Part shown: positions 12,600-25,329 of the stretch, one piece after another
How the letters are laid out: every line of letters starts with the position of its first letter
Numbering within the stretch: position 1 is the stretch's first letter
DNA from: Chiloscyllium plagiosum
Lineage: Eukaryota
NCBI RefSeq assembly: GCF_004010195.1
Contig: NC_057719.1
Coordinates: 60,437,080-60,501,079, forward strand
DNA: 64,000 bases
Reading direction: 5' to 3'
Program-made: the position numbers and the translations under genes
Notes under the pieces: generated by a model
Database searches by the model: none
The model's input: the letters and a program-made list of their open reading frames with translations, nothing else
What the model was told of the DNA's origin: nothing

Positions 12600-13811
12600 A
12601 GACAGCTGTTCTTGCCACATCCCTGAGATCCATACTCAGTGCCATGCGTCATCATGTGCACACACTCAATTTCTCTCTCCATCAGAACCACCTTACGCTG
12701 GCTCAGACCTGCCCTATACCCCCAGTTCCACCACATCCTATGATTTGCTTGACATTCTAACAAGAAAGTGTTTCTTTTCAATTCTGCCATTAAAGAAGAC
12801 AAGATACAATGACTCAGATACCCACTCTCTTCTGAAACCTTCCTTTCCCTCTCCTCCCCTTCCTTCTAACACTATTCCCTCTCCCAATGCCACCTCCTGT
12901 CAAATATTTACTATCTGTTCTGACCTCCCAGTCTCCGATGCTGAATGTTTTGAACTCAGCAAATGTCTTAATTTTACCTCTTTGCACCACTACCACAATT
13001 AATTTCAGACACGACATATTGAACTCTTGCCATCGCCTTCTACTCCATGCCCATTTCTTTGGGCAAACATCCTCTCCTATAGATCCCTTCACCCATCTCC
13101 CCCGATCGCTCCTTCTGGCCTTTTGCCTGCATTCGATCTGTTTGTTGAGAACTGTCAAAATAACATTGGGTGCCTCAATTTCTCTGAGGAGAAAGTGAGG
13201 TCTGCAGATGCTGGAGATCAGAGCTGAAAATGTGTTGCTGGAACAGCGCAGCAGGTCAGGCAGCATCCAGGGAACAGGAGAATCGACGTTTCGGGCATTC
13301 CTGAAGAAGGGCTTATGCCCGAAATGTCAATTCTCCTGTTCCCTGGATGCTGCCTGACCTGCTGCACTGTTCCAGCAACACATTTTCAGCTCTGCCTCAA
13401 TTTTTCTGCCTCCTTCACCCATTCCTAGCCATCTCCCTCTGAACTAACGTAACTCCATGTTCTCTCTAAGCTTAGCATAAGCTGGAAGAACAATTACTCA
13501 TTTTCCAATTGGGGACTCTGCAACCTTCCGGGCTCAATGTCAAGTTCAATAATTTTGGGGCCTGAGCACCTTCTCCTATGTCCTTACTCCAATCCCCACA
13601 CACCAGACCTTGTCATCGCAGGGGCTACTACCACAAACAACCCATTGTCAGCCACCAACAATAATCATTAGCAGCAACTTGTTGTTCAACTGTGTTTCTC
13701 TCTCTTTGGGCTCAATTCCCACCTATCATTTACCCCTTTCCCCTCCCCTAATCCCATCGTCAGCATATATACCAACCCTCTCCTCGCTACAATCAGTTCT
13801 GAAAAAGGGTT
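12600..13811 (+). mobile_element. Internally deleted Penelope-like element (family B)
   Basis: N-terminal LPVSDAECFELSKCLNF (LSKGL-like), GIY-YIG tail KLEEQLLIFQLGTLQPSGLN, then a 3' region ending at a hammerhead start (cagttctgaaaaagggt). Confidence 0.7.
13187..13392. mobile_element. Palindromic Penelope-derived hammerhead cassette (family A) with 16-bp TSD
   Basis: Arms about 13219-13297 and 13315-13394; core ctgaaga-a-gggc-ttat-gccc-gaaatgtc at 13301; flanks tgcctcaattt(c/t)tctg at 13171 and 13393. Confidence 0.9.
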
Positions 13812-13902
13812 GAAAAATGTGGTGCTGGAAAAGCACAGCAGGTCAGGCAGCATCCAAGGAGCAGGAGAACTGACATTTCAGGCATAAGCCCTTCATCAGG
13901 AA
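13811..13902 (-). ncRNA. Penelope family A terminal unit with minimal hammerhead motif
   Basis: Minus strand ttc-ctgatga-a-gggc-ttat-gcct-gaaatgtc. Confidence 0.75.
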
Positions 13903-13905
13903 GAC

Positions 13906-14212
13906 GAGTCACCATAGATTCATAGAGATGTACAGCATGGAAACAGACTCTTCGGTCCAACCTGTCCATGCCGACCAGATATCCCAACCCAATCTAGTCC
14001 CACCTGCCAGCACCCAGCCCATATCCCTCCAAACCCTTCCTATTCATATGCCCATCCAAATGCCTTTTAAATGTTGCAATTGTACCAGCCTCCACCACGT
14101 GCTCTGGCAGCTCATTCCATACATGTACCACCCTCTGCGTGAAAAAGTTGCCCCTTAGGTCTCTTTTATATCTTTCCCCTCTCACCCTAAACCTATGCCG
14201 TCTAACTTCCAA
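13906..14212 (-). mobile_element. HER1/CR1 LINE 3' end (5'-truncated)
   Basis: ORF RGNFFTQRVVHVWNELPEHVVEAGTIATFKRHLDGHM plus ctatgaatctatg-type tail. Confidence 0.93.
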
Positions 14213-14554
14213 CTCATGCTAAATCAAACTGCATGCTGGGAAATTCTGAAAGCTACACATGCTCCAAGTGACCAGATATATTTTTAATTTCTGTCCATCT
14301 GAGGCAGAAGCATTCAATTCAACATCATGCATTTGAAGCGATTTCAAGTCTCAAATGAAAATCTTTAATGTACATATTAAAATGTGCAGAAGGTAACTCA
14401 ATCTGTAAATTTAATGGCAGTATTGTGAAATTTACAACTTTAGAAATTTGTTTACATCTTATTTGTAATTTCAGTCACTGGGAAAAATAGTAGCGCAATA
14501 TTTTGCTAGAAGCCCTCAAAGTGATTTCATAAACAAACAGCTGTGGCATGGACA

Positions 14555-14807
14555 ACAACAAAACAGAGGTTGCTAGAAAAGCTCAGCAGATCAGGCAGCA
14601 TCTGTAAAGAGAAACCAAAGTTAACGTTTTGGGTCTGGTGACCCTTCCTCAGAACCGAAGGATGATGGGTTCTGAGGAAGGGTCATCGGAGCCAAAACGT
14701 TAAACTTTGATTTCTCTTCATAGATGCTGCCAGACCTGCTGAGCTTTTCTAGCAACTTCTGTTTTTGTCTGTGATTTACAAAATCCGCAGTTTTTTCGGT
14801 TTGTATT
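14555..14807. mobile_element. Palindromic Penelope-derived cassette (family B) with back-to-back hammerhead motifs
   Basis: Minus ggtt-ctgagga-a-gggtc-acca-gaccc-aaaacgtt-aact and plus ggtt-ctgagga-a-gggtc-atcg-gagcc-aaaacgtt, separated by about 12 nt; long inverted arms. Confidence 0.88.
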
Positions 14808-15620
14808 AACTGTGACATATTTGATTTCCTCATTCTAAACTGTTGACAAGTTTGGACAGTATATTCCCTTAGGGTTTTCCACTACAAATATTTATATATA
14901 ACTTTTCTAATACAAATGTACAAAACAACACAGACTTTCATAGACAGGCAAAATATTTTCTCAGATTCTGTTATCCCCCTTTTGCTACTACGTGAAGTTG
15001 TAATTAAAAATGTCACAAGAAGCATTTTCATATTCCTTCATATTTTAAACAATTCCAAACCGTGACCAACATTAGGAACTGCTGGGAGTCTACTGTTTAA
15101 TGAACATAATTAAATTTCATTTATTTAAAGAACAGAATTATTTACTTATCATTCTGTAATAATGATCACTGTGCAGGGTGGGAGGTGAACTAAACAGAAT
15201 TTGACTCAAATCCAAAATGATACAAACAGCAATTCTAGAATAAATACCAAATAAAATGTTACAATTTTATATTGATGGTAGTCAAATTAATCATGAAATA
15301 AATATTATTTAAAAACCCTCAGGTGAAGTGGAGCAGCATTAAGTAATCAAAGTTTCACATCTCATCTTACAATTCATACTGCAGAATGAGAACTGCAAGT
15401 AAACCTACTCATAGTTAAATAATCTGTAAACTGACAACTCCCATGCTTGCTGACTGTAATTTAAAATGGCCACATGCATTCAGCTATTGCATTTGCTTTT
15501 ACATTGAAAAATCAATAGAAATGCAACTGTAGCTGAAGCCAGAAAGAAAGGCATTCTGACCAACAGAGCAGAAAACATTTTTGGTCTCCAGATCAATGGA
15601 GATCTTATGTATGACTGAAA

Positions 15621-15991
15621 AGGCATATTGCAAATGCTGGAAATCTGAAATAGCGGAAGTCCTGGAGAAACTCAGCAGGTCTGGCAGCATCTGTGGAGAA
15701 GAAAAAGTCATACTGACTCAATGTCAACTCTGATTTTCTCTCCATGAATGCTGCGCTTTTCCAGCAACACATTTTTAAGGCTAAACCATAGTCCAAAACA
15801 AGTAAAAAGGCATGTTCAAAGAAGTAGAACATATTTGCAAACTCAGGTGGTTAGACAGCATTTATGGAGAGAAAATCAGAGTTGACATTGAGTCAGTATG
15901 ACTTTTTCTCCTTCACAGATGCTGCCAGACCTGCTGAGTTTCTCCAGGACTTCCTCTGTTTCAGATTTCCAGCATTTGCAATATTTTGCCT
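15621..15991. repeat. Inverted repeat (about 133-bp arms, about 100-bp spacer) built from Penelope family B termini
   Basis: 15621-15753 matches the reverse complement of 15856-15991 with about 5 substitutions and one small indel by eye. Confidence 0.9.
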
Positions 15992-16014
15992 TGATATAAA
16001 GCTATAGAGTATAT

Positions 16015-16438
16015 CCACTAGGGAACTCTGCAGCTTTCTGGACTCAATAGAGTTCAACAATTCTCGGGCTTCAGCATCTTTTCCCATGTCCTCACTCTAA
16101 CCCTCAGACACCTTGCTATCACATGGGCTGCTACCATACACAGCCTACTCTCAGCTATTATTAGCCCCCATTAGCAGCTACTCATTTTTCCATGCTGACC
16201 TTTACCCCACTCCTTTGTCTGTCCAACTGTTTTTCTCTCTCTTTGGGCTCTATGTCCACCTTTCATTGACACCCCACCACCCTCCCCAGAAACCCATCTT
16301 CCATAAATACCAATCTTTTACAAGCTACCACCTGCTCTGAAGAAGGGTTACGACACCTGAAGAGTTAACTCTGATCTCTGTCTATAGATGGTGCCAGACC
16401 TGCTGAGGTTTTCCAGCAAATTCTGGGTTTATGTTCAG
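16015..16438 (+). mobile_element. Penelope family B 3' fragment with decayed hammerhead
   Basis: Similar to 13505-13810; ctgaagaagggtta...cctgaagagttaactctg followed by the family B tail. Confidence 0.7.
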
Positions 16439-19278
16439 AATGTGCCTGAATGAGGTAAGGCTAGGTGGAAAGGAATATTTGAAAACAGGGTCCAGTGGCA
16501 GAATGAGCTCAGGTGTAAACCACAGCTCGAGCAATCATATTCCAACTATAAATGGATAGATGGGTTGGATGTTCTTACCCTAAAAGGATTAGTAAAGCTC
16601 TATCAATTGGTGAGAACATTATACATTTTACTATAATGTAGAAAACCAAGCATTTGCGTATTCAGGACTTTGGGGAGTAATGCCAGCATGGCTAATTTCA
16701 GATTAGTCTAGGCAGTGCTTGGGTAACATGATGGGTCAATCGACCTCTCACTCTGAATGCTTATGTAGTTTTAAATAGTTCAGAAAATAACTAACAAGAA
16801 TGAGGCCAGCAATTGTGACTTCCACAAACTTAATTGTATACACTACTTCCATTTAATAAGATTGATTTATATCACATATCATTAATGTAATAAAATCAGA
16901 TTTTTTAGAAAATGATTTTAATATTTTACAAGTAAAAGTTTTACTAGTAATGAGTCCCTAGCAACGATGTGAGTAATACACCAACTGACAGCAGAAAGGT
17001 AATGGAGTTTTCTAAAATCATTTCACACAGGATACTTGCAGCAATACTTGTCCCATCAGCATGGAGGTCTATCATCCTTGCTGCTAAAGTACAAAGAAGA
17101 GTGCATTTCTCTAATATATAATCCAGTGTTTCATTTTCTTTATAATGTGAATACAAGATGCATATTTTTAAACAGCCAGAGTAACAAAGGAACTCAGAAT
17201 TGAATGGAATAATTCACCAGGTGATTCTTAAATTTTTTTCCTGCATATCATCTTTACACACTTGTTATTATATCATTTTATCTTGTTATATTTTGTAGCA
17301 AGTAGGGTTGGTTCTGATTATGAGTTTTGATTTCTATGGCTGTTAGTTGACGTACTATGTATATCAATTGGCTTCCAACCTGTCGAATGACATTTGTGGG
17401 ATATCAAGTCAGAACTTCCTACAGGTGCTCCTGCATTTATATGAAAACCAATTAGATAACATATTTAATTTTAAACAATGGAACATAGCACTGGCATCTC
17501 CGATATCCATATAAATTAAAATCTTCCTCCACTGTCAATTACTTCCCTATAGCTCTAATCATTTTAACCACATTAGCAATTTGTTGCTAAAACAAAATAA
17601 ATTCTGTTAGAGAAACCCATGATGAAAATATCCTTTGTCTGATCGTCCTCTTCATCATCCATTCTACTAACAATCTACTCCTATCTTTTTCCATTTTGTT
17701 ATCTTTAATTTCTTCAAAGATTCTTTAATTAATCCGAAACAAATGTAAAGTCTGTTGACTACCATTTATGCCCAGCACATTGGTTGAATATCTAGATTGA
17801 ACAAAGCAACTTTTCCCCAAGGACCCTGCCCTGAGAAAGGTTGACATCCACAAAGTCAAGCCCAGACAAAGTTGCCCTGTTCAGAACGATAAGGTCACCC
17901 GTGGGATTGCTGAGATTATCTCTGTCAACCACTTGGACAGCATGCAGTCAAATGATGCATCATGCAGTCATTTTAGGGGAAAAAAATCAATTTCTTCACC
18001 AAGTCGCTATTTGCTTTTCAATGTGCCCTTGTAGGCTTTTACCTCCAAGCATTTATCAATTTAAATGCTGTAAATTGATAATGTTCCTATGTGTATTGTA
18101 CTTTCATCCGTTCATACATCAGTTTTTTTCTCTCCATGGTTTTGCAACCTTTATGTCTTTGTGTATTTCAAGGTTTACTTACAAAATTGGGGATCAGACT
18201 TAAAACAACTATTTTTTTAAAATCACATTCAGAACATGTTACGTCTGTCAGCTTTGAAGATGTAAAGCACTCTCAGTGGACTGGACTGAAATGCAGTAAA
18301 TATACTAATGTGCTACTAGAGCAGCGAAGTTTCTTTACCTCTAGTGATTTACTGGCCTAAAGCCAAGTTATCAGAGAAATTAAATTTTCCTTTATTATTC
18401 AAATAAACCATATTTGCCTTCCTGGATCTTTTCAGAAAAGCTCTTCAAATAGATCGAGTGCTGTCATCCATTTGACCTTGTACTGTATCCTGCATTGAAT
18501 TAAATTTTTCAGCATAAACAAATTCATCTTCCAAAATGTTGATTTTTTAGTATATCAAAAGAGACAAAGAAAATAACATTCTTCATGGTTAAACCTTTTC
18601 TATTTTACATACAACGACATTTGGTTTAGCAGAGATGATTTATCAGATGGTCAAAATTTCACAGATGTGTCAATTTCTGACAGTTTAATCCATGCCTGCA
18701 CATATGTTACACTGGCAGGAGTACTATTGAAAATGGCCGAAACCCAAAAGCTAATACCTTTTTGGCCAGAATAATGCAATTATTTCTTTCTTGCTTTCAA
18801 CCTGAGCATACAATGCCATCTGTTATACAAAACAAACATGCACATCTCAATTACAAAATAATGCAGCTGCTTTGACAGACCCTGGATAGCACAGAAAATC
18901 AGACTTGTAAAATTTTATTTTAATCTGCATGTCATTCAGGAGACTCCTAATTAGTACCTGCCTGCCTAAACCAATTAGTTATTCTTGTTCTATTGAAGCA
19001 CAATAGTTATCAAACATGTAGTACATATTTCAAAATGAGAAAGAGTTTTCATGTTACATCTTCAATTTGAAACATTTTTACATAAGCTTTTCATTATGTT
19101 CCCCAATATAGTCTCACTAGTCTCCTCCAATCATTAAAAGGTGTGAAAGAATAGAAATAAAGGCCTCACAATTTTAGTGATTGATCATTTTTTAACATTT
19201 GTTCATAAATCAGGATCCTCTTACATGATTTTAGGGAAAGGGTGGGCGAGTGGCTCTCACTGAGTTAGTCTGGCAAAG

Positions 19279-19365
19279 AGAAGGGCTTTTGCCCGAAACA
19301 TCGATTTCGAAGCTCCTTGGATGCTGCCTGAACTGCTGTGCTCTTCCAGCACCACTAATCCAGAA
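19279..19365 (+). mobile_element. Short Penelope family A unit beginning within the hammerhead
   Basis: gaagggc-tttt-gccc-gaaacatcga...ggatgctgcctgaactgctgtgctcttccagcacc. Confidence 0.8.
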
Positions 19366-20678
19366 AGAGCTATTAGAGACACAACAAGATGAATGGCCTT
19401 CTCCTGTGCAAAAACCATTCACTGAATCCATAATTCCAATTGTGCCATAGTTTCAGTTTTGCTTTCAATTTAACAGCCACATTCCTCTGCAATAATCTGA
19501 GGAAGGCAGAGCTTGTCATAGTTTTTGCAAAATTGAATAATTTTTAGAAACATATATATTTGCCAGCAATTGACAATCAACATTAACAGGCAATAAATAT
19601 ACTATATTAAAAAATAAGTAGGACTGGTTTTTTTTGGCTAAATGCAAGTTACATTGAATTTTTTTGGCAGGATTCTTGTGGTGAACCCCAGCATGATTTC
19701 TTGCCATATCTTAGCAAACCTACGCCTATGACATACCTTACATCTACCTTCCATCCCCATCTTACCATGAGTTGTTCCTGGAACATTTAGATATCTGCTC
19801 GTACTCTCATCATCCTTCAGAGACAACTGTACACCTGGACAAGTGTTGCCTTTACAAGAAGCATAATGCACAACAGCACAAATCCACTTTGCCCATCGTA
19901 CATAGCCAGCCTAGCTGACTCTCCCTCAAACATTACTATTTCATTCTCTCATCCTAGTTACTGATTCACTACCAAACCACATTCTTTACATGTCCGCAGA
20001 CACATCGTTTCTAAGTACCTTCTCATAAACCCAGCTACTCTTTCTCCAAAGGGGAACACCACACACAAGCAAGCAAGCCCAAAAATGAGCTTTATTGTTC
20101 GTCAGTGAACAGAAAGGAATTGAATAGAGCATACAGTTCATACCCACAATGCAAACCAAATGCTGAAATGAAGATTTGGACAGTCCATGATGGTCTTCTG
20201 CAGTCAGCTAGCGTTTACTGGAACGGGCTGACAATCAGGTCTTGCTTGCCTTGTAGCTGAGCCCTATTATTTAGTGTCTTCATGCTTTCCCTCAAAAAAC
20301 TACTCCCATTCCCCCAGCTCCTCAGCATCTTTGACGCTGCCTTGTTGCTTGCTCCAACTGTGCAGAGCTCAGCATACCAGATAATATATAGATGATACTT
20401 TAGGCCCCTTCCTCATTCTAAGTTGCAAACTACACATTCAGGAGCCCTATCATCTGTTCACAGCCCTGGTTACAGCATATGCACCAACTTGATGATGCCA
20501 CTGCATCAGCTAAATGACCAATACAGAGTGCCTGCTGTGTCCCAACGCCCTTCCCATCCCAAAGCGACCTTAACCATCCCGCTCTGCATTGCATTCATCA
20601 TCACAGTTACATGACTTATGAAGCAGCAATGTTCCCCTCATCCCATAGCACCCTTGTATGTTTGCAAATAATGGGATG

Positions 20679-21240
20679 TGTGACGGTGCTGCTCCTTTAA
20701 CAAGGTTATGTTGTCCTTCGATTTTTCCAAGAGGAGTTGTAAAAGCAGAGGTTCTGATATGTCTGAAAATATCTACTTGAAAAGGCATTTCAAGTTTTTT
20801 TTTTAAAACAGTTACACAATGAAAGGGGAGTGGTCACTTCTCCAGTTCAGGGTTTTTTTTCTGGTTTGGTTTGGTTGGGTTTTAGCAAGCAGTCTGTGGA
20901 TGCTGCTGGTAGAAACAGGTCTTGTCTCTTTGACATCTCTCCTGTAAGAACCTGTATTTGATGTTACCTTTGTTTGCCGAGAGGATATTTATGGGGATGT
21001 TTCAAGTGTTTGGAACAGCATTATTAAGTTGTGATAGAGTTTTCAGATAGGTTAAGTTATTCTAAATTCGCTTCTCTTTTGTTCATGTTTCATTCAGTCG
21101 TCTGTAAATAAATTCTGCTTTGTTTAAAACTGAGTGGTTAGGCCAACTGCATCACTATACCTTCTTTAAAAAACTGGAAAAGTTAGGGTCCAGGCTACTC
21201 TCTTGAAATGTTTTGAGGGGTTCTGGCCTGGTCCAAAGCA
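20679..21240 (+). repeat. 5' LTR of the Gmr1-like element
   Basis: Starts tgtgacgg, ends ggtccaaagca; colinear with 26605-27191; aataaa at about 21106. Confidence 0.92.
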
Positions 21241-21242
21241 GA

Positions 21243-21261
21243 TTGGGAGCTCATCTGGGAT
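21243..21261 (+). promoter_or_regulatory. Degenerate tRNA-Pro primer-binding site
   Basis: tgggagctcatctgggat versus the canonical Pro PBS tgggggctcgtccgggat (3 transitions), immediately after the 5' LTR. Confidence 0.8.
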
Positions 21262-21372
21262 TTGTTCTATAGTTTCCATTTTGGACTAGGGTTGCTGGAC
21301 TCAAAGGCAACAAGTGGTAGATGTTAATGTCTTTTGCTGAATTCAGTTGGTTTAAACAGTGCTTGGTGAAGT

Positions 21373-22620
21373 ATTGGCTCTTTCAGTGGGAGTGGAAGAA
21401 GTGATTTTTTGGGATTTTACAAAAGGTGAACAAGGAAAAGCTGCTGAATCAGGCTGCAGTTGGAAGTGCCCCGAGGAAAGGAAAGATAGTTACAGCAATA
21501 GCTCAGCATTTAGATTTGGTAGAAATGGCATCAGAATCTTTGGAGATAGTTAAAATTCAAATGAACATGTAGCAGCTTGAGTTAGAGGCAAGAGAAAAAG
21601 AAATGAAATTGTTTGAATTACGATTAAAAGCAGAGGAAAGAGAAAAAGAATACAAGGCACTAGCAGAATAAAAAGAAAAAGAGACACAAAGAAAAGAGAG
21701 AGAAAAGAAGAGAGAGGAAAGGAAGAGAGGGTGTTTGAACTTCATAAATTGGTAGCTAGTCAAGAAACTCAGCTTAAAAGTATGGAGATGAAGGCTGAAG
21801 ATGAGCTTAGTGAGGATGAGCAAACCCATGGTAGCCAAAGGCCTGGTGGGGATGTGTTTGAACACATTCAGGCATTGCCTAAATTTGATGAGAAGGATGT
21901 AGAAGCTTTTTGTATCTATTTGAAAAGGTAGCTAAACAAATGAAGTGCCGAGTGACCACGAGCGTTTCGTTGATCCAAACAAAACTTGTAGGTAGAACGA
22001 GTGAGGTATTTGCATCACTATCAGAGGAGGTATCTAGGGCATATGAAGAGGTGAAGAAAACCACTTTAAGTGCATTTGAGCTTGTGCCAGAAGCCTACAG
22101 ACAACGTTTCAGGACTCTAAAGAGGGACCTGGGTAAAACCTACCTTAAGTTGGAAAGGATCAAACAAAGTAATTTTGATATGTAGATAAGGACATTAAAC
22201 ATAGAGCAAACATATGTCTCTCTTAGACAGGCGATTATTTCGGAGGAGTTCAAAAAATCACTTTCTGAAGTAGTGAGAACTCGTGGAAGAGCAGAGAGTT
22301 AAAACAGCAAGCTTAGCAGCTGAAATGACTGATGATTATAGGTTGGTTCATAAATAAAAGTTCGGTTTCCAACATCAATTACAATCCGTGAGGGACAGAA
22401 ATTGAGGAAAAGAGAAGTCCTCACTTGGTAAAGGAAAGGTACACTCCGGTGAAGATCATAGGGATAACTTACCACAGGTTAAAAAGGAAAGCCTTGAAGG
22501 GGAAAGAGAAGCTAAAAGGCCTCGGTATTTTCACTGCAATAATATGGGCCATGTGAAAAAACCCATGGTGTTGGTGGGTTAGGAAAAGCACTGGGAAGCT
22601 GGATGTAGGACGTCAGGATA
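21373..22620 (+). pseudogene. gag remnant (capsid/SCAN-like region and zinc knuckle)
   Basis: ALPKFDEKDVEAF, FEKVAKQMK, LSAFELVPEAYRQRFR, degenerate CCHC (FHCNNMGHVK) at about 22530. Confidence 0.8.
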
Positions 22621-23039
22621 AGCCAGTGAATTGTGTTGAAGTGGTAATGGAAAGCACAGTGAAGGCTTGAAAGCTGCATCAGAATTTACAATCTGGTCAG
22701 AGGATGGTTAAGGAGGAAGTGCCAGATCTTCTTAAACCATATACTGTACCTGCGAAGGTAAAGTTTACATGCATAGGGCAGGAGCAGCAGGTAAAGAGGT
22801 TACAATATTAACAGATACAGGATTGCCTCAATCTGTGATTTTGAAAGATGAGGAGATATGTACCTCTGAAGGTCTGTTGCCAGAAAAAAAGTGCTAGTAA
22901 CAGGAATTCATGGTGAGACAAGAAGCGCACAGTTATGTAAGTGAGGTTAGAGCGTCCAGTGAAAAGTGGAGAAGTCGCGGTAGGAGTACTGGACAAACTC
23001 TCAGCTCCAGGAATACAAGTTGTCCTTGCTAACAATATA

Positions 23040-23312
23040 CAGTACAACCTCGATTATCCGAACGAGACTGGCGGGGTGTATTTTGCTCAGATAACTGATC
23101 ATTCGGATAACTGATCTGATCGTAAACAAGCAGTAATTTATGAGTGCCAGTTATTGGACATGCCTTGATTATCCAGCAATGCACACCATAATGCTGTTTA
23201 ACTGATAATTGAATGCTGAGTTGCCTAATGCCGTTTTTATGGGACCTTGAGATCTTTGTTCAGATAATCGAAAATTCAGCTAATTGACGTTTGGATAATC
23301 AAAGTTGTACTG
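23040..23312. mobile_element. 273-bp pogo/Tigger-type (Tc1/mariner superfamily) MITE inserted just after the protease core
   Basis: 25-bp TIRs cagtacaacctcgattatccgaacg / cgtttggataatcaaagttgtactg (22/25 match), TA on both sides, no ORF. Confidence 0.92.
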
Positions 23313-23769
23313 TAGCGGGTTCACAGGTAGGAGTGCTGCCTTTTGTGATTGAAAAGCCAGTGGAAACTCAGGCAACTGAAGTATTGCAGGAAACATAACT
23401 GGGATTTTTCCTGACTGTGTGGTAACTAGGTCACAAAGTCACCAGTTGAAACAGGGAAGGTCAAAGAGTACAGATAAGAAAGTTGAAGCTAAATTAGCAG
23501 AGACCCTGTTTGAACAGATGGTTGCGACAAACCAGGAGCAGATGGCTAACAAAGTAGAAATCTTTGGTTCAGCAGTGTTACAGCTGAAAGATGAAAATTT
23601 GAAGCAGTTGTATCAAAAGGCATACATGTATAAAGAATCCAAATGTATCCCTGAGTATTACGATCTGAAAAATGATGCCTTAATGAGGAAATTGAGACCA
23701 CCAAATATTGAGGCAGATGAGAAATGGGCAGAAGTTCATCAAGTTATATTGCCAGTGGGTTATAGAACG

Positions 23770-24990
23770 GAGGTGTTGTAGGTAACACATGAACTACCAG
23801 TAGAAGGTCATTTGGGGTAAGAAAATCTCAAGCTGAAATACAAAAGTATTTTAGTGGCCTGAACTGCACAAGGATGTAGTTGAATTTTGCCAGGCATGTC
23901 ATACATGTCTGGTAATTGAAAAACCACAGGCAGTAGTAAACCTGCACATTTAATACCTATTCCTGCATTTGAGGAACCTTTTACAAGAATCTTAATTGAT
24001 TGTGTGGGATCCCTACTTAAAATAAAAAGCAGAAATGAATATTTGTTAACAATAATGGATGTGTCCAGTAGATTTCCAGAGTTACTCAAATTTTTCACCA
24101 AATACTGACTGCCCACAGAGATACAACTAGATCAAGGGTCAAACCTTGCATCAAAATTATTCAAGGAAGTTATGGATGGCTTAGGAATAAAAACAATTCA
24201 AATCTACTGCACACCATCTAGAATTGCAGAGAACGCTAGGGAGGCATGGTGGCACAGTGGTTAGCACTGCTGCCTCACAGCACCAGGGACGCGGGTTCAA
24301 TTCCCACCTCGGGCAACTGTCTGTGTGGAGCTTGCAAATTCTCCCAGTGTCTGCGTGGGTTTCCTCCGGGTGGTCCGGGTTTTTTCTGCAGTTCAAAGAT
24401 GTGCAGGTTAGGTGAATTGGCCATGCTAAATTGCCCGTAGTGTTAGGTGAAGGGGTAAATGTAGGGGAACGGGTCTGGGTGGGTTGCTCTTCAGAGGGTC
24501 GGTGTGGACTTGTTGGGCTGAAGGGCCTGCTTCCACACTGTAAGTAATCTAATCTATCTAAAAGTGCCATCAGACATTAAAGACCATGTTGAAGTCTTAT
24601 AGCCAAGATTATCCAGATGATTGAGAGCAGGGAATTCTGTTTGTACTTTTCTTCCATCAGAGGTGCACCAAATGAATTGACCAGACTCAGTCCATTTGAA
24701 TCAGTTTTTGGGGATGAAGTGAGAGGACTTCTAAAATTGATTAAGGAGAAATTGGTGAGTCAGATTTCAGAGACCACATATTTGGACTACATGTCAAATT
24801 TCAGGGAATGGTTAAATTGAGCAGAGGAGTCAGCTGGACAGCATTTAAAAGTATCACAGCATATAATGAAACATGAAGCAGACAAGAACTCAAAAACTTG
24901 CAATTTTGCTATCAGGGATAAGGTGTTAGTATTACTGCCAGGGATAGGTGAAATTTTAAAAGCAAGGTTTAGTGGTTCTTATCAAGTTAA
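23770..24990 (+). pseudogene. Integrase remnant located upstream of RT
   Basis: HHCC region (HELPVEGHLG...FCQACHTC), core PFTRILIDCVGSL..EYLLTIMDVSSRFPE, DQGSN, SPFESVFG; split by a SINE. Confidence 0.88.
24239..24560 (+). mobile_element. HE1-like V-SINE inserted in the Gypsy integrase
   Basis: Full head, body and gtaatctaatcta tail. Confidence 0.95.
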
Positions 24991-25329
24991 AAGGAAATTG
25001 GGTGAGGCGAACTTCTCCAGACAGGAAGAAATCTCTGAGTGTGACATGTGATTTTGCTCAAAAAGTATTTTGACAGAGAAGGAAAGCAAAAGAAGACTGT
25101 GTTATTGGTTACCACACAGAGGGAAGTTCAGTGGATTCTGAATCGACAGGCCTAACATTAAATTGGACAATGAGGAAGTTGTCAAAAATTGGGATGAATT
25201 ATTGAGTTACCTTCCTGAGGAAAATCAATGACCTGAAAGCGTTATTGCTATCGCATGGGGCGATATGTGGAAATAAACTGGGATGTACTAATCTAATTAT
25301 GCATGATGTAGATATAGGAAATGTTATTC

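Noticed and set aside
13187..13392. Palindromic cassettes read as DNA-transposon MITEs or pre-miRNA genes
   Set aside because: Arms are unequal, TSD lengths vary (13-16 bp) and junctions differ between copies. The same sequence terminates Penelope GIY-YIG fragments (38916-38970), which indicates retrotransposition.
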